DNA of 64,000 nt, taken from the NCBI GenBank assembly GCA_963702025.1, contig OY969699.1, positions 1,532,034-1,596,033 on the forward strand, written 5' to 3'. The stretch is from an uncultured bacterium (GTDB taxonomy: Bacteria; Babelota; Babeliae; Babelales; Vermiphilaceae). Positions 31,205-39,064 of the stretch are shown piece by piece (positions within the stretch are counted from its first letter, which is position 1; each line of letters opens with the position of its first letter). The notes under the pieces were generated by a model. That model did no database searches, was not told the DNA's origin, and saw only the letters and a program-made list of their open reading frames with translations. A program made the translations under genes and the position numbers.

Positions 31205-32257
31205 TTAGTTTATTTTAAAAAAACTTTTAACATACTGCAATGGATGAAAGGCTCCATGACTAATCTGATTAATTTCATCTTGATAAAAGATCAATAAACC
31301 AATAAAAGTCACGAATGACGCGTATAAGAAATTGAGGGTGAGTGGTTCGCCAAGGAGAATATTACTAAATAAGTACACATACAATGGTACTGAAAACCCG
31401 GCAAGCGAAACAAAGGTTGCAGTATGCCTTTTGAGAAAGTGCGCATACATTGTGTAGCCGATCACGTTACCGATAATAATCGTGTAAAGAACTGCAAAAA
31501 TTATTATATGGAGATTTGTGTCTGGCGTTACCGCTACATGCAAAAATTGTGTTGCATCAGAAAATGTATACGGTGCAAAATAACCCTTCATAAAAGGAAT
31601 TTTTTCTATTATAAAATTAGTACCTGCCCACAAAAAAGGAGTAACAAACGCAAGGATCCCACTTATGGTCATCAACAAACCATTTGCTTCGGGTGGTGTA
31701 TAACGGTCTTTGCGTAATAATTGCTGTACCAACATCCATCCTATCCGGCCAATGGCCATGGCAAGCAGTGCGGCAATTTCCGGGTATGAGAATATTGACC
31801 AAGCAATAAGCTGATTTTCTCCCGTTGATGATGAAATAAGCAAAATGAGTGTCCCGGCAAAGCCGAGAATAATGCCAATTATTTTTTTCTTAGTAAGCCG
31901 TTCAGCCCAAAAAAGATACGCGTATAAGGCAGTTACAAAGGGGTCAAGACTCGCCAAGAATGCAGCTTTTGAGGTGAGCATATTTTTTAATGCATATGCT
32001 TTAAAAAGTGCCGGCACCAGCATAGTTAATAATGAAATACCCAACAGAATAAAAAGATCTTGTTTAAAATAGGCAAAAGAAAGCCGATGACTCTTTTTGC
32101 GATAATACAACAAAAGAATTATCCCCGCGCCCAACATGCGCAGACCGACCATTAATGAAAGAGAAAGCGCTGAAAGCGCATATTTATTGGCAACTGTTGC
32201 ACTTGCTAAAAACGCAAAACCGAGAAAAACATCAAACATTACGGACAACCTTTGCAA
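31205..32257 (-). CDS. EamA/DMT-family transporter (paralog of 29609..30532)
   Basis: GLRMLGAG, SKAAFLASLDPF, FSYPE, YAHFLKRHTATF. Confidence 0.85.
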   Translation of the reverse strand: MQRLSVMFDVFLGFAFLASATVANKYALSALSLSLMVGLRMLGAGIILLLYYRKKSHRLSFAYFKQDLFILLGISLLTMLVPALFKAYALKNMLTSKAAFLASLDPFVTALYAYLFWAERLTKKKIIGIILGFAGTLILLISSSTGENQLIAWSIFSYPEIAALLAMAIGRIGWMLVQQLLRKDRYTPPEANGLLMTISGILAFVTPFLWAGTNFIIEKIPFMKGYFAPYTFSDATQFLHVAVTPDTNLHIIIFAVLYTIIIGNVIGYTMYAHFLKRHTATFVSLAGFSVPLYVYLFSNILLGEPLTLNFLYASFVTFIGLLIFYQDEINQISHGAFHPLQYVKSFFKIN

Positions 32258-32351
32258 GTGCTATCAAATTTATTTAATATTATTTCCTTTAAAAGACTGG
32301 CCGCGCCCGCCATAGCTCGTTAGGTCGAGATAATTCATTTCGATGCAATGA

Positions 32352-32568
32352 GTCCAGCCTTCGCTTTTTTCTAGCCAGCTCATTAGTTCTAGCATTGAAG
32401 CTACGGCGGACAGCCTACGCTAGTTCTATCAAGCCCAAATTATTTCTATATCAATCCGTTAAAAAACTGGCCGTGCCAGCCGTCCTTCGAGACGCAGCTT
32501 ACGCTGCTCCTCAGGATGAGCGGAAGGACGCGTTTACTCCTGAGCTTGCCGAAGGGCTTGGCGTAGGC
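32352..32568 (-). repeat. tRNA-trailer hairpin element downstream of tRNA-Leu(CAG), containing a 90-bp repeat
   Basis: CA-GCCTACGC pairs with GCGTAGGC-TG (32411-32420); distal unit GTCCAGCCTTCGCTT...AAGCTACGGCGGAC. Confidence 0.75.
32468..32556. repeat. About 90-bp dispersed repeat, copy 1
   Basis: TGGCCGTGCCAGCCGTCCTTCGA...CTCAGGATGAGCGGAAGGACGCGTTTACTCC, shared with 36890-36972 (reverse) and 54823-54911. Confidence 0.85.
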
Positions 32569-32655
32569 TGGTGCCGAGAGCCGGATTCGAACCGGCACAG
32601 TGTTGCCACCGCAGGCACCTGAAGCCTGTGCGTCTACCAATTTCGCCATCTCGGC
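32569..32655 (-). tRNA. tRNA-Leu(CAG)
   Basis: GCCGAGA acceptor; CAGGC-TTCAGGT-GCCTG anticodon arm; long variable arm; GGTTCGAATCC; encoded CCA. Confidence 0.96.
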
Positions 32656-32726
32656 ATATTTTCAATTAAGATTAGAATAAAGCAGTTATAAGAAAATGCA
32701 AAGAATAGTTTAAATAGGCCTATTTT

Positions 32727-33071
32727 TTAAAATTCTGCAAATTTCTTGCCTGCAAGAAAATGGATATGACTATGAAAAACCACCTGCCCTGCATCAGCCC
32801 CATTATTCACCAATAATTTAAATGATTGGGACCCTGATAACCCTTTTGCTAATTGTTTTGCCATTAGTAGCATTTGACCAGCAAGATTGGTGTCAGAATC
32901 TTGAAATTCGGTAATATCAGCAATATGCCTTTTGGGCAGAATCAAATAGTGGATTGGCGCCTTGGGATTAATATCTTTAATCACAATAATTTCTTGATTC
33001 TCTGCAATAATTGTTGCTGGTAATTCTCGAGCAATTATTTTACAAAAGATACATGAAGACATGTTATTCAA
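32727..33071 (-). CDS. hinT: HIT-family nucleotide-binding protein
   Basis: CIFCKII, DINPKAPIHYLILPK, AGQVVFHSHIH. Confidence 0.9.
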   Translation of the reverse strand: MNNMSSCIFCKIIARELPATIIAENQEIIVIKDINPKAPIHYLILPKRHIADITEFQDSDTNLAGQMLLMAKQLAKGLSGSQSFKLLVNNGADAGQVVFHSHIHFLAGKKFAEF

Positions 33072-33127
33072 TCCAAAAATATTTTTATTATTATTTAAAA
33101 GAAGCTGACGGCTCTAGGTTGCTGCTC

Positions 33128-33306
33128 GTCCGTCTACGCTTTCACTTCGTCAATATCAATTACTAAAGAAGTTTGTGCTTCCCAGCCGTCGCTCTTCGAG
33201 CTATGGCGGGCAGGGCTGCCGGACAGTCTTCGCATCCTGCTTTTCAAATTTTTTGTTCTACCTTATAGGGTTGGCGAAGCCAGGCGTAGCCCGCTAGGGC
33301 GAAGAC
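33128..33306 (-). repeat. tRNA-trailer hairpin element downstream of tRNA-Leu(CAA), with a nested unit
   Basis: GTCTTCGCCCTAGCGGGCTACGCCTGGCT immediately after CCA (identical to the tRNA-Ser(TGA) trailer); GCGAAGACTGTCCGGCA; nested unit at 33181-33214. Confidence 0.8.
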
Positions 33307-33394
33307 TGGTGCCGGGGGTCGGACTCGAACCGACATGATGTCAAACATCGCTGGATTTTGAGTCCAGTGCGTCTACCAATTCCGCCATCCCGGC
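33307..33394 (-). tRNA. tRNA-Leu(CAA)
   Basis: GCCGGGA acceptor; CTGGA-CTCAAAA-TCCAG; GGTTCGAGTCC; CCA. Confidence 0.96.
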
Positions 33395-33471
33395 ATTAAA
33401 ATATGCTATTAATAATAGCGCAAATTACGCTATCGTCAATAAAAAACATCCCCTGTCTATATGCTTATTGT

Positions 33472-34662
33472 TCAGATAACAAAGGCAACGTTCATGATTG
33501 GTGTATAAATCGCAACGATAAGTGTCCCAATCATAAGACCCAGAAATACCAGAAGACATGGACCAAAAAGTGCATTCGCGCGCGTCAAATTTTTTAAAAG
33601 GCGTTCTTCATGAAATTCGGCGATCCGAGTCAATATTTCTGTGAGCATCCCTGTCTCTTGCGCCACCTGCAAGAGCGCAATTGTTTCTTGATCACACAAA
33701 GTGGTACTTTCTTTCAATGCATGGGCCATTGTGTTGCCTGCTTTTACCTGATCGAATGCCCCATGTAATTGCTTTCTTATATGCTGATTTGCAACAGACT
33801 CTTTTACAATATTGCATGCCTGAATAAGTGATGTGCCGCCTTCTAATAAAAGCGCCAGCGATTTAAAAAATGTTGCCATTGTATTTGCCGTATAAATTGC
33901 CGCTAAAAAAGGAACTCGCAATGTCAGAGCATCAATTCGCGATTTCCCCGAAGCGGTAGCTGCATAAATTTTGGCACCATAAAAAGCTGCCGCACCGATG
34001 AGCATAAGCAAGATCATCTGCCAACTTTGAATAAAATTACTTACTCCAATTAAGAATTTGGTGCTACCGGGCAACTCTTTGTGCAACGACCCAAAAACAG
34101 CCGTTAGTTGAGGCACCACAACAACTAAAATAATGGCAGTAACCAGTACAAAAAAAGCGGCAGTTACTAACGGCAAAAGAAGCGCGCTGCGTAACTTTTT
34201 TTTAAATTCAGCAACCGATTCAAGATGTTTGCATAATACCTGCAGGGAACCTATGATATTCCCCGATTCTTGTCCCACGCTCATCATTTGAACCATTATC
34301 GGACTAAAGAACTTGGGGAATTGGCACAACGCCTGCGATAAAAAGATACCATTATTAACTTGATGGGCAACGCCAGATGTTGCCGAGCCAAACCCGGTAT
34401 GCGCGGTCTGGTGCGCAAGCAGAAAAAGTGCTTCAGGAAGCCGCATTCCTGATTTAATCAGCATAGTAAGTTGGGTGAAATAATGTATTTTATCCTGCAA
34501 ACTCATCTGTTTTGATAGTCTAAATTTTTTCTGGCGGCAAGAAAGCAGCGCAACCTCTTGCTTTAATAATACTCCATCGAGTTCTTCAGGAGTTCGCGCA
34601 AAATATATTCCTTTTTTTGTTCCTGCTTGCAGGGTAATGCCTTTCCATGAAAAATAGGGCAT
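33472..34662 (-). CDS. Type II secretion/type IV pilus inner-membrane platform protein (GspF/PilC family)
   Basis: QLTMLIKSG, VGQESG, LRSALLLP, LLEGG, IVAIYTPI; duplicated F domains. Confidence 0.88.
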   Translation of the reverse strand: MPYFSWKGITLQAGTKKGIYFARTPEELDGVLLKQEVALLSCRQKKFRLSKQMSLQDKIHYFTQLTMLIKSGMRLPEALFLLAHQTAHTGFGSATSGVAHQVNNGIFLSQALCQFPKFFSPIMVQMMSVGQESGNIIGSLQVLCKHLESVAEFKKKLRSALLLPLVTAAFFVLVTAIILVVVVPQLTAVFGSLHKELPGSTKFLIGVSNFIQSWQMILLMLIGAAAFYGAKIYAATASGKSRIDALTLRVPFLAAIYTANTMATFFKSLALLLEGGTSLIQACNIVKESVANQHIRKQLHGAFDQVKAGNTMAHALKESTTLCDQETIALLQVAQETGMLTEILTRIAEFHEERLLKNLTRANALFGPCLLVFLGLMIGTLIVAIYTPIMNVAFVI

Positions 34663-34674
34663 AGCTCTCCTTGT

Positions 34675-34962
34675 TTAGAATACGGTAAGTTGACGCTCAA
34701 TTCCCAATGCTGCCAGCAATTGTTCATAGGTAATATTCGTATCAATTTTTATTCTTTTATTGCGATCGGTTGCTCCCGAAACAATTGTTATATGATTTTG
34801 CGTAATTCGTAATGCCTTTGCAATAGTTTTAACGAGCTCCTCATTGGCAAGCCCGCGCTCGGCAGGATTCTTTAAATAACCTTTAAGAATGCCTGATTTA
34901 TCAATGATCCATCTGCTTTGCCCTGAAGAAGGAACCACTTTTATCTGAACAATTAATGCCAT
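34675..34962 (-). CDS. DUF167/YggU-family protein
   Basis: IKVVPSS, PAERGLANEELV, IVSGATDRNKRIKI. Confidence 0.85.
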   Translation of the reverse strand: MALIVQIKVVPSSGQSRWIIDKSGILKGYLKNPAERGLANEELVKTIAKALRITQNHITIVSGATDRNKRIKIDTNITYEQLLAALGIERQLTVF

Positions 34963-35054
34963 GATGTTCCTTTACAATTATGCTTTATCATAGACAATGC
35001 TTGCATAAAATCGCAAATAATTTATTCTTTTTGTATCTTTGAAAAATAAGTTAA

Positions 35055-35145
35055 GGAGAGATGGCTGAGTGGCCTAAAGCGCTTGCCTGCTAAGCAAGAG
35101 CTCCAGAAATGGGGCACGAGGGTTCGAATCCCTCTCTCTCCACCA
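35055..35145 (+). tRNA. tRNA-Ser(GCT)
   Basis: GGAGAGA acceptor; CTTGC-CTGCTAA-GCAAG; long variable arm; CCA. Confidence 0.96.
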
Positions 35146-35268
35146 TACTTCGCTAAAGCTTCGTATGGCAGGCCAGTTTCTTTTAAGGATTGGCTTAATT
35201 AAAATTTTGACATTAATAGCACTAAGCGAAGTATGCCCTTCGAAGCTCCGAAAGGAGCGAAGTAGGGC
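35146..35268 (+). repeat. tRNA-trailer hairpin element downstream of tRNA-Ser(GCT)
   Basis: CCATAC-TTC-GCTAAAGC-TTC-GTATGG; GCGAAGTATG at 35226; GCCCT..GCTCCGAAAGGAGC..AGGGC. Confidence 0.8.
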
Positions 35269-35318
35269 CTGGCGCAGCCTGGACTATTATGCTAAAGAGC
35301 AATTTTTAAAGATTTCAT

Positions 35319-35395
35319 GCGCCTATAGCTCAATTGGATAGAGCGTCAGACTACGGATCTGAAGGTTTAAGGTTCGACTCCTTATAGGCGCACCA
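35319..35395 (+). tRNA. tRNA-Arg(ACG)
   Basis: GCGCCTA acceptor; TCAGA-CTACGGA-TCTGA; GGTTCGACTCC; CCA. Confidence 0.96.
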
Positions 35396-35586
35396 GTCTT
35401 CGCCTACGTGGGCTAGACTTCGAAGTATAAACACGGCTACGCCTGGCGCGGCCAGTCAATTATAGGGCGGAGTTTATCCTGAGCGAAGTCGAAGGGCCTG
35501 GCAGGCCAGTCTTTAAGGAAGCAAAATAAATTATAATAGCAAAATGCGAAGACTGTCCGGCATAGCCCGTATGGGCGACGACGGAC
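35396..35586 (+). repeat. tRNA-trailer hairpin element downstream of tRNA-Arg(ACG)
   Basis: GTCTTCGC...GGCTACGCCTGG; GCGAAGACTGTCCGGCATAGCCCGTATGGGCGACGACGGAC (35546-35586). Confidence 0.8.
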
Positions 35587-35621
35587 TAGCTGGCATCTAT
35601 TAAAGTTTTTTACCTAATAAC

Positions 35622-35885
35622 ATGATGCATTACGTATATATATTAAGATCTGTAAATTTTCGTAACCAGATTTACATTGGTGTAACTGTAAATCTGAAGA
35701 AAAGACTCTCAGACCATAATTGTGGAAATTCTGCTCACACTTCAAAATATAAGCCATGGGAATTAAATTCTTATCATGCATTTAGCAATGAAAATACTGC
35801 TATAGCTTTTGAGAAGTATCTTAAGACACATTCTGGTAGAGCTTTTCTTAGCAAAAGATTAGTATCAAATAACATTCGCCCGTAA
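35622..35885 (+). CDS. Small stand-alone GIY-YIG nuclease
   Basis: YVYIL...IYIGVT, RLSDHN, HTSKYKPWEL, AIAFEKYLK. Confidence 0.92.
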   Translation: MMHYVYILRSVNFRNQIYIGVTVNLKKRLSDHNCGNSAHTSKYKPWELNSYHAFSNENTAIAFEKYLKTHSGRAFLSKRLVSNNIRP

Positions 35886-35997
35886 AGGGCTTGCATCATC
35901 GCCCTTCGAATACTTCTACCTCTTGCAAATTGTGCCTCAAATAGTGTAATTTTTATATATCTAATCAATCCATTATTATTTAAAGCAGGAGAATTTT

Positions 35998-36369
35998 ATG
36001 AAAAAAATACTTTTATCCTTAGCATTGCTTGCCTGTCCTTTTTTGTGGTCGGCAACAGAATTAACTGAGTCAAATGCTCAAAGCTTTATTGAATCATCCA
36101 AGGGTATATTAGTTGTTGATTTTTATGCACATTGGTGCCCACCATGCAAACAGATGAAGCCAATTTTTGAGAGCTTGGCAGATGAATATAAGGGAAAGTA
36201 CACTTTTGCAGAAGTAGATATCGCTACTTATCCAGCTGTGGGAAGAATGTACAATATACAGGCGATGCCAACGTTTGTAATCTTTAAAAATGGTAAAAAA
36301 GTCGCCACTTCACAAGGTGGAAGATCAAAAGAAGATCTTCTGAGCTGGATTGAGAAAAATACCAAGTAA
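35998..36369 (+). CDS. Thioredoxin with signal peptide
   Basis: VDFYAHWCPPCK, MPTF; N-terminus MKKILLSLALLACPFLWS. Confidence 0.9.
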   Translation: MKKILLSLALLACPFLWSATELTESNAQSFIESSKGILVVDFYAHWCPPCKQMKPIFESLADEYKGKYTFAEVDIATYPAVGRMYNIQAMPTFVIFKNGKKVATSQGGRSKEDLLSWIEKNTK

Positions 36370-36384
36370 TTAACTTTAATCTTG

Positions 36385-36415
36385 AAAAAGGCAGTTATTG
36401 TAACTGCCTTTTTTT
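36385..36415 (+). terminator. Rho-independent terminator
   Basis: AAAAAGGCAGTTA-TTG-TAACTGCCTTTTTTT after the thioredoxin stop. Confidence 0.85.
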
Positions 36416-36421
36416 ATTCGA

Positions 36422-36604
36422 GTTAGCGAGCGCTTGGCTCAGTACAACAATGGGAGTTCATTTCATACTTCCAAATATTCCCCTTGGGAACTCGAAGTAT
36501 ACGTTGCTTTCAAAGACGCACAAGTTGCTATTAAGTTCGAAAAATATCTTAAATCTTGCTCAGGTAGAGCCTTTATTCGTAACCGATTACAAACTTCGAA
36601 TTGA
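36422..36604 (+). pseudogene. N-terminally truncated GIY-YIG nuclease paralog
   Basis: Translates VSERLAQYNNGSSFHTSKYSPWEL...AIKFEKYLKSCSGRAFIRNRLQTSN*; no start and no GIY/YIG motifs; absent from the ORF track. Confidence 0.85.
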
Positions 36605-36645
36605 TTTTTCTATTAATATAATTAATAATATTACTTATTATTTTC

Positions 36646-36737
36646 GGAGAGATGGCAGAGCGGTTGAATGCGGCGGTCTTGAAAACCGTTATTCCGTGAG
36701 AACGGAATCGTGGGTTCGAATCCCACTCTCTCCTCCA
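36646..36737 (+). tRNA. tRNA-Ser(TGA)
   Basis: GGAGAGA acceptor; GCGGT-CTTGAAA-ACCGT; long variable arm; CCA. Confidence 0.95.
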
Positions 36738-36849
36738 GTCTTCGCCCTAGCGGGCTACGCCTGGCTGCGCCGCTTAATAAGGCAGAACAAAAAAGATTGA
36801 AATCAATGCGCGAAGACTGTCCGGCATAGCCCGAAGGGCGACGACGGAC
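36738..36849 (+). repeat. tRNA-trailer hairpin element downstream of tRNA-Ser(TGA)
   Basis: GTCTTCGCCCTAGCGGGCTACGCCTGG; GCGAAGACTGTCCGGCATAGCCCGAAGGGCGACGACGGAC. Confidence 0.8.
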
Positions 36850-36889
36850 AAACGGCCAGAATTAAAAGAAATTTTTTCGCTCTTACGAT

Positions 36890-37007
36890 CCTTCGACCGG
36901 GAGTAAACGCGTCCTTCCGCTCATCCTGAGTAGAAAACGCAGTTTTCGTATCGAAGGACGGTTGGCACGGCCTGCTCTTCGTAGCTGCTTAGGCAGCGAA
37001 GTAGAGC
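36890..37007. repeat. About 90-bp repeat copy 2 (reverse orientation) plus an adjacent hairpin unit
   Basis: Reverse complement of the 32468 and 54823 copies, then GCTCT-TC-GTA-GCTGC-TTAG-GCAGC-GAA-GT-AGAGC. Confidence 0.8.
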
Positions 37008-37083
37008 CAGCATATTGCAGCCCTTCTTTACTTGAAATCAATAAACCTCATTTGTAACATACATTACTACTTCAGGTTCTATC

Positions 37084-37299
37084 ATGAAAAAATCCACTTC
37101 AACTAAGCTTCTCCTCGCTTTCATTTTAATCGGATTACAATCACCAACCCTTCAAGCTATTTCATTCACAGAAATAGTTAAAAATCATTCAAAAGCGGCT
37201 TTTTCTGCTACGCTTGCTGCTTTTTCATATGATCAGATTGTGGCTGAAACATTTAAAAATGGCAGAAGCGAAAGAAAACCAGTATTCTCTGTGGGGTAG
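37084..37299 (+). CDS. Short hypothetical protein with signal peptide, possibly frameshift-truncated
   Basis: MKKSTSTKLLLAFILIGLQSPTLQA; a hydrophobic continuation lies in another frame to 37388. Confidence 0.45.
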   Translation: MKKSTSTKLLLAFILIGLQSPTLQAISFTEIVKNHSKAAFSATLAAFSYDQIVAETFKNGRSERKPVFSVG

Positions 37300-37607
37300 G
37301 GCTTACTTTTGCGTTCATTTCTTTTTGCTGCTTTTGCGATTATTTTTTTCCGATGAGTGCTAAAAAAAATGAAGTGCACAAGCCTTGAAAAATCCCGTTT
37401 TGGGCTGTAAAAAAGCTTACCTTGAACAGGGCAATTCTTAAGTTTTTATCACCAAAAAAAGCTGTTCTTATGTTTTTTCCCCGTATTTAACCTAAAATTA
37501 ATCTTTTACCAATAGAATCCTCCTCCTTGACAAATTATTTCTATTTGGTAATTTTAATATTAAGATAGCTAAATATAGATAAACTAATTACTTTTTGGAG
37601 GATTCTT

Positions 37608-38330
37608 ATGGAATTTTTACGAATAACTACTTTTTTGCCACTATTTGGCATGTTTCCTGTTTTAGCTATGGAGATGCCTAAATCAAATAATAATGCGATC
37701 CATGTCATCGAAGTTCTTGTCGAAAAAATTGCCACACAGCAACAATCGCCAGCCTCGATTCAAGAGGGTGACGAGTCGACTATGAGCGACAACGATGCAA
37801 ATACGCCTAACTTGCATCGGGCAACACCAAGTATCACTCTTAATATTCTTGATGAAAATAGTAATGCTAAATCTGGATATAATAAGGGTAAAAAATATAA
37901 TTGCGACATCTGTAATTATGAAACAAACAGTTTCATTTCATTAGGCCGCCATAAAAAAACGCACAATGAAGAAAAACATTGCGATGTTCCAGGTTGCACA
38001 GTTGTCTGTTATACTAAATACGGACTTACAAAACACCAAAATTCTTGCCACCAAGAATTACAATATGCCTGTGATTACCCAGACTGCCCCTATAGTGGCA
38101 GTATACGTGCCGTTTCTGATCACAAAAAAACTCACCATGAAAAAAATTATTATTGCGATTATGAAGGATGTGAATTCTCAACTGCTAGCAAAACAGGTCT
38201 TACCCTACATCAGAATAGGCGCCACAAAGAAAAAAAATATCATTGCAATCAACAAGGTTGTGAATATAGCACCAGTACCGAAAGTGCTCTTTCAGCACAT
38301 AAAGCGCAAAAACATAACATCTTCAAATGA
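37608..38330 (+). CDS. Secreted protein with five tandem C2H2 zinc fingers
   Basis: C-x2/4-C-x11/12-H-x3/4-H five times (CDICNY, CDVPGC, CDYPDC, CDYEGC, CNQQGC); signal peptide ending VLA-ME. Confidence 0.88.
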   Translation: MEFLRITTFLPLFGMFPVLAMEMPKSNNNAIHVIEVLVEKIATQQQSPASIQEGDESTMSDNDANTPNLHRATPSITLNILDENSNAKSGYNKGKKYNCDICNYETNSFISLGRHKKTHNEEKHCDVPGCTVVCYTKYGLTKHQNSCHQELQYACDYPDCPYSGSIRAVSDHKKTHHEKNYYCDYEGCEFSTASKTGLTLHQNRRHKEKKYHCNQQGCEYSTSTESALSAHKAQKHNIFK

Positions 38331-38475
38331 ATGCCAACTTTATCTGGTTTAGCGAGAGTGATAAGATGAAAAAGCTCCATAGCCCCGAAAGCAAAAGTTA
38401 AAATTCTTGAAATACTCTCATTCATAGAGCTATCCTACTTCATGTATCTTTTTCTTTGAACTATGAGGATAGAAT

Positions 38476-38949
38476 ATGGAAACTAATATTGGTATATCAC
38501 CAAAACACCGAAAAGAAATTGCCAAGATGTTAAATGCACTTTTGGCCGATGAATATCTTTTATATACCAAAGCACTCAAATATCACTGGAACGTTTATGG
38601 AATAGTTTTCCATGATTTTCATGCGCTTTTTAAAGAACAATATGAAGCGCTACTTGATATTGCCGATGAAATAGCCGAACGTATCCGAGCTCTTGGCGAA
38701 CCCACGCAAGCCACGTTAGAGGAATTTATCAAACTTACGCGGCTCAAAGAAGAACCGGGCAAAGTTGCCAATGCAATCGGCATGATTAAACATTTATTGC
38801 ATGATCATGAACAGATTATTCGTCAAATGAGAGAAGATCTTGAAACTGCTGCAAAGCTCGGCGATATGGGAACTAATAATTTCTTGACCGAAATTATGGA
38901 ACGGCATGAAAAGTTTGCGTGGATGCTGCGAGCAACTGCCCAAAAATAG
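38476..38949 (+). CDS. dps: Dps/ferritin-like DNA-protection protein
   Basis: YHWNVYG, FHDFHALFKEQY, DEIAERIRALG, EKFAWML. Confidence 0.93.
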   Translation: METNIGISPKHRKEIAKMLNALLADEYLLYTKALKYHWNVYGIVFHDFHALFKEQYEALLDIADEIAERIRALGEPTQATLEEFIKLTRLKEEPGKVANAIGMIKHLLHDHEQIIRQMREDLETAAKLGDMGTNNFLTEIMERHEKFAWMLRATAQK

Positions 38950-39064
38950 TTAAAAAACTCCTTTTTCTCCGCACTAATTAATACTCTTAATAGTTTTTAT
39001 TGCAAATAGAAAATAATTAATGGTATTTTTATTAGTGACTATAAAATATAAAAAGGAGAAAAGG

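Noticed and set aside
32395..32649. ORFs 32395..32622 and 32446..32649
   Set aside because: They are translations of the tRNA-Leu gene and GC-rich repeats.
32569..32655. Possible selenocysteine or opal-suppressor tRNA, because the loop contains TCA
   Set aside because: The 5-bp stem CAGGC/GCCTG places CAG at positions 34-36, and the acceptor and D arms are Leu-type.
36450..36800. 116-aa ORF in the track
   Set aside because: It overlaps tRNA-Ser(TGA) and is out of frame with the clear GIY-YIG remnant.
32352..37007. CRISPR array or integron attC sites as an explanation for the hairpins
   Set aside because: No identical regularly spaced repeats, no cas or intI gene, and no RYYYAAC/GTTRRRY boundaries seen.
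37966..38352. 128-aa overlapping ORF with repeats
   Set aside because: Alternative frame of the zinc-finger repeats.
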